From positions 1-38,811 of the forward strand of contig LPNZ01005727.1 of assembly GCA_001655205.1 (NCBI GenBank): a DNA stretch of 38,811 bases, given 5' to 3'. The notes beneath the pieces were generated by a model. That model saw only the letters and a program-made list of their open reading frames with translations. It made no database searches and had not been told where the DNA came from. Position numbers and translations under genes: made by a program. This stretch comes from Lenisia limosa (taxonomy: Eukaryota > Protista > Breviatea). This document shows positions 1-11,600 of this stretch, one piece after another; the stretch's first letter is position 1; each line of letters opens with the position of its first letter.

Positions 1-22
1 CACACACACACACACACACACA
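1..22. repeat. (CA)n microsatellite, truncated by window start
   Basis: cacacacacacacacacacaca at positions 1-22. Confidence 0.95.
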
Positions 23-309
23 AAAGAGTATATTTATCATACCGTATATACAGCTGAATTCAACCTCGGATTCAATACGCAGATAAAACAGAATAAACTC
101 AGAAAATCGTCAAGAACCGATCCGTCTATTATTGCTTCTTAGAAAAAGAGGATAGAACGTGAAACATACTCCATTGCAAGGAAGGCCTGACTCTCCACCC
201 CCCCCCCCCCNNNNNNNNNNNNNNNNNNNNNNNNNNNNNNNNNNNNNNNNNNNNNNNNNNNNNNNNNNNNNNNNNNNNNNNNNNNNNNNNNNNNNNNNNN
301 NNNNNNNNN

Positions 310-2385
310 GCGCGGTTGCCGTAAATGCTCTGGGCCGGGCTAGCCGGTCCACGTCGCCATTGTCTCATGGGCGGCTGCGTGCCGGGTTGTCTATTTCGTT
401 AAATCGCTTCCACGAAACAATATAGGCAAATTAAAAAAATTGCGAGCTATAAGTTGATTTCTAAACCCCATAACATGTGTATGGACTTGCAAAGAAGCCC
501 GGGAAAGGCAAGGACAATGGGAAACGAACCTCGCCGCAGGGAGGGGTGGCTTCTTCATTTCTTCGTCGGAGGAAGTGACCATCTCCGACTCACTGTCAGA
601 CTCTGTGCTGTCATCCCCCTAGACAACGTTAATACCTTTTGACTTGCCACAAGGCCTTGCTGAAACCAGGAACTATTCAAGAGAGGTTTAAAATGGAATA
701 CTAACACATCATATCCTTAAAGCGTCAACAACCCAAAATCAAAACACCCAAAGGGGCTGTGAAATCTAACACGTATAATATTGTGTATCTCCAAAAATAA
801 TAGGAACACGGGGAGAGAGCCAAAGAGAAAACAGAGTCTTTTGTTTTATATCCAACCTGGGGGTCCATTGGGCGACTGACAGGGCCTGGAGGGCAAGACT
901 GTGCCCACGGCTTGGTTTCTTCTAGAACATCAGATTACTAATCTCAGAAAAAATAATCAGCGTATCAATGCTACTCTGACACAAACCTTCGGTGTCCTTG
1001 ATTTCAATACTGCCAGTGTCGGAAACTTCATCTTCCGAATGTTCGCTTGCCGACTCATCCTCTTCCGTCTCTTCTTCCGATGACGACCCGTTTCTGCCCA
1101 TATTAGTCGTTCATGGGGATTTCAGGATAAACTACTCTGATGCAAAATTAATAATACGAGAGTACCAAAGCACAAGGAATAAATATATTCTTCTTATCGC
1201 GTGTAATATGTATACATGTTCGCTGAAACTTTCCATTGTATTTGGGAACTTTTCCGCATTATATCATCCTGGCCCAAACCTCAGAAGGAAAGCAGGCTCC
1301 TCCTCTTCATCATCACTACATGGTAAAGAAGAGGTAAGCAATGTCAAAGGTCGAAAAGGTCAAACCAGCAATACTGCCCAAAGTTCAACAAACCTGAAAG
1401 ACTCTCTTGGTGAGATTTCCAAAGTATCCGGGGGAGCATTGTTGAAAGAAACGGACATGAGTTGGGGTGGCTACATTGATAATTAGCTTGAGTTCTCATC
1501 TGGTTGTATTTGAGCCTCTGGTACTTCAAAAACCCCATACTCTGTCAGCAGGATCGCCTGTCTTGAGTACTGAAGAGAAAGAGGACATCGAGGCTGCGTT
1601 AACAAGAGCCTGGTTTGGTTAACAAAAAAGCCAAAAGAGATCTCTTCACCAAGGAAATAGATGGAAGCCAATTAAATACTATTAAACCTCCAACATCAAG
1701 ATAATATGTTAGCACCCATCAAATCAAGGTAATGTTTTTGAAGCTCTCGCTATATTGCCTCTCACCTCCCACCCACCTCATTGCTGTCGTAGCTTTCGGT
1801 GTTCTTACTGCCTTCAGGGTAGCCGTCACCATCGAAGCTAAGCTCCGGCATTACGGGCGGTGAAGGGTAATCGGAATAAACGGGTTCGGAAGATAACTTC
1901 TCAAGCTCAGCACCTTCAATCGCATCCTCTTCATTGAGGGGATCCATCATGGCTGGACGATCTTCCTCAAAGTGAGAACCCACAGTGGCAGTGGTCGAAC
2001 CAACTGCACTTTGATCATCATCACTATTGACACCACGGTCGGCATCAAGCTCTGCAAGTGCTTCACTGGACAGCTCAATTCCAACTGCATCTTCTTCATC
2101 CATCTGTTCATGCTGCCTATCTTCTTCTTCATCAGAAGAAGTTCCAAAAATTACATCTTCAACGCGATCAAGAAGGTCATTTTCACTAGAGCTACCATCG
2201 GACGAAGAAGGATCTTTCTGAGTCACTTCTGTCTCTTCTACAGCAGAAATATCGGATATATCGCCATTGTAAACCTCCTTTTCCTCCTCAGATGACAGAT
2301 CGTTCACGTCAATGTCATTATAGGAACCAAGGTCATCATCTGACATGTCTAATCGATTAGAATATGATTGTAACTGTTCTTTCAT
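310..2385 (-). CDS. Multi-exon acidic (D/E/S-rich), probably disordered hypothetical protein; 3' end lost in N-gap 211-309
   Basis: Exon 1 is the 207-aa acidic ORF ending GGG AG|gtgaga. It splices phase-consistently through six more exons: SDDEEEEPAFLLR (~1280-1317), NGSSSEEETEEDES...IKDTE (~990-1096), EETKPWAQSC...MDPQ, FLVSARPCGKSK, ESDSESEMVTSSDEEMKKPPLPAAR and QPGTQPPMRQWRRGPASPAQSIYGNR. All junctions are GT-AG. No domain recognised. Confidence 0.7.
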
Positions 2386-2712
2386 GCCTCAGAGGTCAAA
2401 AATACCGCCATCTGCGATTCCCCCAAACCAGAGATATCAATATCGTTGGAGCTCATGGCGCCAGTGCACTTAATAACTAAAATCTATACTCCTGTGCAAA
2501 CTATGTCTGAAAACTGGGCTGTCTTTCGGCCAAAAATAATTCCTTAAATACCACGCCGCCGGATATCAAAACCAGAAAAATATTCAAATAAGAAAACAAT
2601 AATCGATAAGCCGTGTGTAAACAACCATAAAATTATATTACAACGTGAATCTATTTATATATTTATTATCTCTTGCTTTTGGATAAAAAGGTCTTTTCAC
2701 AAAAAAAAAAAA
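2386..2712. promoter_or_regulatory. Probable bidirectional promoter
   Basis: 327-bp AT-rich interval between two head-to-head start codons (2385 minus, 2713 plus). Inferred from geometry only. Confidence 0.5.
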
Positions 2713-3097
2713 ATGGCAGAGACCCGACGGCTGATAGACGGTGAACAATCACCTAAACGGTCACGATTTGAGCTAATCAGCCTCGGGGCATCGATTGCTC
2801 TTTTAGTATGCACTCTCACCTAATTATCTAACGCACTTTTAGTTCGCGGCCTTCTTGCTTTCGATTTTTATGTTCAGTCCATCTCTATCGCTGAGACTGG
2901 ATCCGGTATGCTACCCCTACTCTCTCCTTACCCTATCTTTGTAGTTCAAAGGTGAGAAGCTGACATTCCCCGTTGTCAAAACTGAAGAAAACAAACTGAT
3001 TAACGCGACAATATCATCAGCGGATCTGTTTTTCTTTGCCTTCTCGCCACCCACTGTGAGGAGGGTCCGAAAGGTGGAATTTTTGACGCGGTTCTAA
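2713..3097 (+). CDS. Small (102 aa) predicted membrane protein, 3 exons, divergent from the acidic gene
   Basis: Exons 2713-2805, 2843-2905 and 2945-3097; phase-0 GTATGC...TAG introns of 37 and 39 nt. Protein: MAETRRLIDGEQSPKRSRFELISLGASIALL|FAAFLLSIFMFSPSLSLRLDP|FKGEKLTFPVV...EFLTRF*. A hydrophobic stretch spans exons 1-2. The gene may instead continue by further splicing into 3160-4120. Confidence 0.7.
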
Positions 3098-3501
3098 ATG
3101 GCTTGCTTTTCAAATTCAATCTTATTTTCAATATTCCTTCACTTCGCATTATCGAATCAGTTTGAAGCCCATCAACTCAACACAACCTCTCCAGTGGAGC
3201 TGAAGCTAGCCAGTACAAAGTTTGTTTGGGTCATATTACAAATATGTCACGGTGTCTTTTGTATTTACAGAATTGTTTACATGGCGAATAAAAAAAAAGA
3301 GGGGGGGGGGTACTTAAATTACAACTTCGCTACCAAATAGGATTTAGTTCAGTGCATAATTCGCACTTTGCCAAACACTGAGCTTGATAGCATGATATTG
3401 ATGTGCTGAAATGGCCTTTTTTCGGTGATTTGAAAGGAATCTGATTGTACTTTGATTGGAGTCCCCACTACGTGCTTCACAATAGACAATTTGACCGTTC
3501 A

Positions 3502-4120
3502 GATCATGGTCTGACCACTTCCATAAGACACGCAGCCACATGACGGCCCTTGCCACCGCGTACAGTGCGTCAATTCTGCTCCTGACAAGTGGGGTGACGA
3601 GGACATGGGACGAGTCGCAATACCTATGTATATTTTACTCTATAGTGGTGAATAGGGAGTTAAGAGCAAAAATTTGGTTGAATAATATTTTAGATGCTAT
3701 ATTGCATTATATGTGTGTACTATGTACGATATAGTATAATACCCTTTTAAACCCTTAATACACTACATGTCATAGGTGTTCCCTCATGTCATGCATTTAG
3801 CCTCTGCTATCGGGCTTCTCTTTCTCTACCTCAACCCGACTGACAGAGGAAATAGGGTTGTTATTTTGATGGTAAGCATGGAGAAGTAGTTTATAAGTAT
3901 TATTGCTACATAACAAAACGATTTACCACTACTTCAACTGTTGCTACTTGAAATGACTCGCACTCCATATTGACCAAGCCAGACTGCGGCTGTATTTACC
4001 ACATTGTGCTCCCCCATTCTACTCCTCTCTGTGGATGAAGCAAACGAGCCAGCTGATGAAATTTCATGTAAGTAGAAGGGATGTAGTACTTTCCAATACG
4101 TGGTTCAGACCTACAGTCGC
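3502..4120 (+). CDS. Possible exons of a hydrophobic hypothetical protein (perhaps the continuation of the 2713 gene)
   Basis: Splice-bounded open segments: SWSDHF...ILLLTSGVTRTWDESQYL|gt, ag|VFPHVMHLASAIGLLFLYLNPTDRGNRVVILM|gtaagc and ag|TAAVFTTLCSPILLLSVDEANEPADEIS|gtaagt. Phases not fully reconciled. Confidence 0.3.
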
Positions 4121-5239
4121 TTTGAAGAATGAAGTTATAATGGGACTGTTTTGTTTTTTTGTAAAATGACACCCCAACGTACTTCAGAGACTCATGTAAA
4201 GAGAAAAATAATTTGCAAAATTATGAAATGGTGCCCTTGACTTCCAAATTATATTGTTTTCAGCAATTAGTTTTATGACCTATTAGTCAACTTCATCAAG
4301 AAGGACTGTGAAGTCACCCCGGATAATTTGAACTGGGAAAACCCCCTCATGGCGGCCATGATGTGCGACTCCAGAGCATTAGCTTCCAATGGTGTGTTTA
4401 CTGTCGTATCAGGGATGAATAGCTGTGCTGTATAATATGATGCTAATACTTTAAGAATTATCGATATTATTATCATATTGCTGCTCTTATTAAGACTCCT
4501 GAACAACAGCTCTCATTTACTTTGTAGTTGGGATGGGTTTCCATCGATTTTCTTCCTCAGTTTTAATTCCTTACATGTACCTTTGTTGCTTAAGTAAGCC
4601 TGGATACACCTCTTCTGGTTACCTTGTCTAATGGTGGTGAAATGCCATTTTCGGATTTTTTTTGAATTAATATTCAGTGTATTCCTTACATATTCAGGTA
4701 TTGTTTACTTATTTAGTGACATGGGTGAGTGCAATTGTCGGCACTGTTGACCTTATTCTGGTAAGGGCAGGAATAACTCATTAATCCTGATGATATTTAA
4801 CTATTGACCAATGGGGAGTCCATAAACCATATTTATCGTCAAGTTCAAAATATTACGCTTGACATTGTTTTGTTGATGATATGTAATATTCCTGACTTTG
4901 ATAGACGAGACGACGTAACGTCGCTTATTATAACCAGCTTCGCGAAGGCACCCTCTTCGAAGATATTTAAACTTGTTTTGTCTACTTTATCTTTTCTTTT
5001 ATTCTTATGTTGTTTCTCTATTTAATGCACCCTGTTTTCACTTTATGCAAGAGAGCACAAAATCTTTTCATTTAACGTTGTTGGAATTTGACTTAAAGCT
5101 AAATAACACTCACCTTTTACAATATCAAAGATATGAAGCATCTATCTGCACTGTGTCACGTGAAACAACAGTGGAATAAGAAATTACATAAGTGACACAA
5201 ATAAAAAAAGGGAAACAAACAACTCTTCCCCGACTAATT

Positions 5240-6130
5240 CACCCTCGCAAACTAGCTTCCATGTGCTTCCTTGTTTTGTTCATTTCCTGTTCTTCCCTTT
5301 TCTTCTCCTCAATACTCGCCCGTATCTAGTTTGATCAGGAGTTATGCTCTACCTTACATATAATATTACATAAGTTTATTATAATACTAGTAAACGAAAT
5401 AGGCAGTACCTATTCCTACTATTCATTGATATGATATATACTTCGAGCAAAGTCCTTTTTGGATTTCATATCTAGTATTTCTATGAAATAACTAGTGAGT
5501 TACAACAATATGAAAGGAGAAAATAAAGATTCAGTCCAAAATCTTCCATCAAAAATAGCATGGTATTTTTATCATTGTATGAGCATCCTAAACGCGGTTG
5601 TTGACACCACAGACCTTCATTCTTCTGATTCCTCTCGCCACGGTCTTGTTCAAACGATCAGTGTCTCTAAATGATGATTCAAAACAGAAATATTATTGAA
5701 CAATTAAATCTATAATTATATGATATCATATCATTATATTATTCTTCCCCAAAAAAGAAGAAATTTCTCAGGAAAATAGAGCTTTGCGAGGCTTTACCGA
5801 GGTAAACTGTTGAAAACTCTAAGTTGAAGAATATTGTTGATAGGTCAAAAGCCCCTTGATCACCCACACTATGTCCAGCTCTGGTTTTTTCTCTTTAATC
5901 CGTTGTAAGGCGTCTTTAAAGCAAGGACTGTTCTGAAACGATAAGACAGGAACAATCAAAGATGCAACAAACCAGCAGAATTGCAACATCCACGTTGTTT
6001 GGTTTGGTTGTCAGTTTTTTCTGTGGAATCATTAAGTATATGATCAGAAATATGAAACTTAAAACACCCCAACAGTATGTGTGATTTAAGCCTACAATTG
6101 GAGGAGGCACACGGGGCAACGAATCCACCT
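5240..6130 (-). CDS. Fragmentary hypothetical multi-exon gene with ~40-nt introns
   Basis: Removing the 40-nt gtttgt...tttcag intron joins KKLTTKPNNVDVAILL to NSPCFKDALQRIKEKKPELDIVWVIKGLLT. Further exon-like pieces lie at ~5590-5670, ~5450-5495 and ~5240-5330 (IRASIEEKREEQEMNKTRKHMEASLR). Boundaries uncertain. Confidence 0.3.
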
Positions 6131-7036
6131 GTGGGATTCGCGACTATATAATAAGCAGATTTACAAATATGGAACAATTTTTTATATCAGCAAAAAAATA
6201 CAATTACTAAATGATAACAGCTAGATAGGTGAATAATTTTCAATCAAATAGAACTTGAATATCCTTTTGAAGGAACACAAAAACGAACTGCAAGATTTAC
6301 TTCTTCATTATATGCTTAGTTGTGATGGGTAGATCAGAAACTATACTGCCCATTCAGAAAAGAGCATGTAAGCCACAAACCACATTCGTAATGCCAGCCA
6401 CCCATCCCTTATTAAGCTCATAAACCGAAGACGCAGCAATGTTGTGCGACTCTTTCGCAGTTTGGTTCTAAGGGGTCAGATTTAACTGCCGTCACGGCCA
6501 ACCAATGACACAACTGTCTGTGCGAGAGCTTGTTGCGAAGATCCTCCAGTGTCGTCAGTTGAATCCTACACCCATAAGATCATCTTCAAATAAGATGGCC
6601 TCCCAGTCACTTGATCCATTTCCTCACCATCACTGACTCAACGAGTGGAGGAGGTGCAATGTTCAATGTCTGTCAATGTTGTCGCAGCCTGGAAATCCGG
6701 TACAGCGGACGCTGGGCAATCGATGATCGTTAAAGGGTGAAATTGGAATTATTCTTCCTTTTAAACAGTGCCTTGGTGACGACAGTACAATGGGCTTTGA
6801 CAAGGTGAGAGATATCCTGAACCTGAAAACGAAACTATTTCTGACAACTCTATATCTCTGTATTGTTTCACTACTAATTTTTTTTCTGTTACTCACTAGT
6901 TGTCTGTTTCAGTGGTAAAGAGGAAGGGCTGGCGGAAAGAGCGGAACACAAAAAGGATTATTTCCTGGGAGTACAAAGAACCACTTTTTAGCTCTTATTC
7001 CACAGATCGCCGAAGAAGTGGCCTCTCTCAATCACT

Positions 7037-8396
7037 ATGGCAGAAGTAACACCAATTCCTAATGTTCATAACCTTAAGGAAGTCCCTGTGGAAGACAGCA
7101 TCTACTACGAAGATCCCCAGGTGAGCATTCAATGATTTGATGAACGTGGCCTCACGCCTTAGCAAATCTTCTTCTTCAATGCAAAAGATGGTGAATATGA
7201 AGACTTGAAAGAAGCTCTGGAGACTTTTTCTCCGACAGAGAAAGATTTCATGGTTGGTGGGTGATGCAACTGTACGCTTCATTATCGATATATCATTATA
7301 CAGGGACGCACGACGCTTCATTGGGCAGCGGAACGTGGGCATTTGGACTGTGTCAAGCTTCTTCTGGAACACAAAGCGGATATTGAAGCCAAGGATCTCA
7401 TTGTGAGGGGGGAGGGGACAGATAGTGCAATTGTCAGGAGGTCAGCAGTTCCTTCGAGCTTTCATCTCATTATATCATATGATAGATATGCAGAGGATAT
7501 ATTATTTCTGATTGTGATCTTATAACCAACTTACTCATATCATCCATAACGACTGGTGTAACAATCCAGACCCAGACAACTTCTGGATTATCCACTTCTT
7601 CCTACATTATGTTCCATGCTAGTAGCGGGGTCCACTTCTTCCTACATTATGTTGCATGCTAGTAGCGGGGTCCACTACTTCTTACATTATGTTGCATGTT
7701 AGTAGCGGGATTGGGAGAGGGAGATGTTTGGACATTGAAAACCCATTCGTGTTTTAGGTGTGAATTCCAAACTCAATGCTAAAAGAATACTACATCTATT
7801 TGATTGGGCTACATCTTTTCATACACAATGGAGTGTATGATAGGAGTTTTTGAGAATATGAAGCGCACCGTATGGTCAGTTAAAGAAACAGTATCAGTGT
7901 ACATACATAATAGTAACCATACATATGATACAAGTTTTTATTTGTATCAGCAGATGATCCTATTCTGAGTTGATGAAGGCATGCTGAGAAGCTGACGATT
8001 TAGGGTCGCACAGCAGCCTTTTTGGCAGCGCAGGAGGAGCGAAAGGAAGTCCTTCAGTACCTCCTGGAGCAAGGGGCCAAGATAGACTACTTGGACTCAA
8101 CGGTAGGCGGAATCATAATAGGATGTAGACTTGGTAATAGGTATTATTTGGCCGAAGCCATAGTGGGGATTCGGCTTCTGAATTAGTTTATCAAATGGGT
8201 AGATATTGTCATAACATGAGTTAGATGAGAATATCAACATTTGTTGCTTGCCCGTCTTATTTGTTCCGTGAAACTGATTCTTTTTCGGGCTTTATGAAAT
8301 GTAACACTGGTTCAGAAGGACACCGCTTTGATGTGGGTGCAGCGCATGGGTCTGAAGGAAATGGAGGAAGTCATCAAGGCTCATCTCGCGAATTAG
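7037..8396 (+). CDS. Ankyrin-repeat protein, 150 aa, 5 exons
   Basis: Exons 7037-7120, 7163-7252, 7304-7402, 8004-8102 and 8316-8396, all phase-0 GT-AG junctions. Canonical ankyrin motifs GRTTLHWAAERGHLDCVKLLLEHKADIEAKD and GRTAAFLAAQEERKEVLQYLLEQGAKIDYLD, then a KDTALMW... capping repeat ending in TAG. Confidence 0.92.
7591..7710. repeat. 3 x 40-bp tandem minisatellite in ankyrin intron 3
   Basis: tccacttcttcctacattatgtt(c/g)catgctagtagcgggg repeated at 7591, 7631 and 7671 with few mismatches. Confidence 0.95.
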
Positions 8397-8601
8397 TCAT
8401 GTATGTCATGTTGGGTTTTTGATGGAGGTATTTCACTGGAACACCGATGGTGATATGAGTAGGGTTTCAATTAGATCCCAAATAAACTGGGTTTCTGGAT
8501 AAATCACACAAAAAATATTTGGTAATTTGTGAGCCTGGCAGATTTTGGAACTCAACTCGACCATTTTGCATATCTTACATTAAACAAGCTTCACCATCTC
8601 T

Positions 8602-11600
8602 CTATTCGGCCTTTTGATGGTCTCTGAGAATGTACAACATAACAGCGGAAATAGCGAGCAGAAGAACAAAGATGAGCAGCCACCAGAGCCACGATGTGGA
8701 GGAAGACGATGGAGACGTTCCATCAGTAGCGTTGCTGGACCCTCCTTCAGTACCGCCGCCTCCAAGCACGTTTTCTGGCGGTTAGAGGCGTATGCGGAAA
8801 GATCTCTCAATCTGTCAGTCCATCCGCCCACCATTGCAGTTTTTGCCAGGAAGGCATTCCATACAATACACTTCTTCGGTGCATCCTTCAGGAATGCAGC
8901 GACGGTTTGGACACTTCTCAGTGCATGGTTGGACCTAGACAATGTTAGTTCAAGCGGTGCAGGTCAGTCTACAACCTATGCTGGCACCAATTAGATCACC
9001 ATTATATATCCGCAGCCCACCCCCCCTACGGTCGCCTGTCCGCAGCTTAGTGATGCTGCCGCCTCAGCCTGCTGGACCCTTGTCAAGGACTGGCTGAAGG
9101 CGGATATCTTAAGCGTCGCACCTGCAACGGTGAATGTCAAGATGGCAATACGGGATACGTAAGGCGGCAAGAAAGTAGCTAACAACAATACGGTACTCCT
9201 CATAGTCCGTAATAGTTCTATCCATATTGTGTCTAAGAAATTGGGTATTTGCGATATAGTCTCATAAGATTTAAACAAATGTGATCAGATAATGTATGAG
9301 TTGGCCCACGGCCATACCCGCAACTGTCGCCTTGATGCCGAGTTTGAGAGGGAGTGACGACGACCCCGAGGCGCCAAGGCCGGACGTTGATAGGTCCAGA
9401 ACGGATTGCGATGAAGTGCCGGCTGACAGACTATACGGTCATTTTCGCAATGGGACTTGAAAATACTCATTAATAAAATAATTTCACTTGTTTTGAACAA
9501 TCAAGTACATCCGAAGCATTTGTTACCCACATGAAGGAGAAGAAGATGGAGTATCTGCCGTCAGAGAGGCGAGTGCATTGCCACTGGAATCCCATGGCCT
9601 TACCGACTTCGGTCAAAGTGCCCGATTCAACAAACACCTGGGACGTCATATTTAGAAATGAGAAACAGAGAAACGCCAGTCAGAATCAATCATTTTTTAT
9701 CATCAAGATGGGCTCGTCATACCCTGGATGGGATTTCATCAAGAGAGCTGGAAACTAAGTCAACCAGCTGGGGGCACTGGGGATCATTGCTCGCCTTGGC
9801 ATTTTCAGGAATCAGAATGGCGTCCGATCTGAGCGATCCTGGCGGTAATGTGTTGCTGAAGGCTGATGGATCCAGTTGATAGAGGAGCGATGATACGAGA
9901 GACCGTGGCGGATCAGTAGATCTAAATTGATTAGGTAATGTCCGGATAGTTCGGGGGGCAGTTATCTTTATTGGCGAAAGTAATATGCAGAAATGCCTGG
10001 TACAAGTGTAATTATAACACACCTGGTACAATAATAATACAACACACCTGGTGCTGCGGCGAAGTTGGCGGTTTGCCTCGACAATGAAGGAGCCTTGGAA
10101 CCGAGACCCAACAATGACGGGGACTGTGCAGTTAATGGTACATATCAATAGAAGACTATGGGGAGAAAATTCAACAAATTTGAGATGCAAATTGAATATA
10201 ACATTTTGAATACATGCACATCTGTAATAGCGATAATCATAATTGTTTTAAAAACTCGTCCATTTCTGAGGAAGGGAAACATCACAATTTCAGGATAAAC
10301 AAAATTTAGCCTCAGATTCGCTTATGACTTGTCCAGAAACACACTTGGACTAGTATCGGGCTGTGCGGATACCACGGTCAGCCGGGAGGACAGTAGGCTT
10401 TGTGCGGGACAGGCGTCAATGGTCGATACGGATCTGGTTAGGCCCGGCCTGGGGGTTAGAGAGCCTTTGGTCCTGAGTGCATTGCGCATCTCGCGATTGT
10501 CTCAAAGTAAAGGAGTTCCCATTTCATTTCAAATACCGATTTGTCACTTTAAAAAAAGATAAGACGAAAGAATATTTGATACAGTCTCAAGAAAACGAGA
10601 TGCCTCTTCAAAGCCTACGTAAGGACGGAAATGTGGAACATTGCAACCATTCTCATGTCAGACATGGAGCAGACGGACTTCTCACGACAGGTCAGAAGAA
10701 CCGGTACGGCATATCCACCTGTTGGTCAGTTAATATCGTCAAAGATAAGTCTGGGGCATTTCATTTTAACAATTTTAATTTGATATTTTGAATGAACACT
10801 GGTGCTTATGTCCATTCAACAAATAGATGTATACATTGAAGATTCAAACTAAATATCAAACGAGCAGCGCTCACCATCAAGGTCACAGGCGGCAGACTTC
10901 GGCCTCAGCGTCACGGTGACTGTACTGATGCACGCAGCAGTGACGGCCGAGGAACAGTCATTTGGAGATTCATACTCCGTTGTAATATTGGTCACAGTAA
11001 TTTTTTCCGGTACCTAAATATTAGTTTGAACATGATGAAATTGATTTTGAAAATTGCTAATTAATTACGTAGGCTCACAGTTGCTCCGTTTAAATGTTTC
11101 AGGACAGCAGGATGATTAACCCGAAGACTAAACTGTAGTTCGGCCGTCCTTGAGGATGCGTTCCATTGAATGTGGTCCATTCTAATGCTCACCTTCAATG
11201 TGAACTCATGAAATATATCAAGGCTTATTTTAGAACTGCAAAAGAAATGTCATGAAAATGACTGCAAAAGAAATGGCATGAAAATGACGGCAAAAGAGTC
11301 TTCCAACTTACCCCAACATCAGGCATCCTGAGGCCGTTAGAAACAAGGGTAGGTGCAGAAGATGTGACCTGGGGAGTTAACTATTACAAGTGAATTTGTG
11401 CAATATTGAACTTGTGAGTTACACGAGCCAAAGTGAGTAATCACATATCATTTGAAAAGGATGAAATTGGAAGAAAAAGTATGGTAAAGTCGTCATCAGT
11501 AACCTTGAAAGGGGTGTCATTTTTTGGTATGTCTACGTGTAAAGCAGCAGTCACTCCAGTCCATTTGTTGCCTCCAAGGGATTTTTGTGTGGTAACCTAA

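Noticed and set aside
110-425. ORFs spanning N-runs (here and at 22674, 23939, 26552, 30184, 35949, 36485)
   Set aside because: Their length is an artefact of untranslatable gaps. Poly-C/G next to gaps is a common assembly break point, so gap position itself is not treated as biology.
992-1486. 164-aa plus-strand Ser-rich ORF (also 1972-2295 and 2027-2221)
   Set aside because: Antisense shadows of the acidic minus-strand exons (GAA/GAT codons read as TTC/TCA/TCT).
8602-8625. Direct homology to Giardia VSP through the C-terminal tail
   Set aside because: The tail is RDHQKAE, not the invariant CRGKA. The resemblance is architectural only.
8580-8942. 120-aa minus ORF (MSRSNHALRS...) as a separate gene
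   Set aside because: Wrong frame. The same DNA splices to the Cys-rich exon 8832-8934 and the TM exon 8602-8774 of the giant gene.
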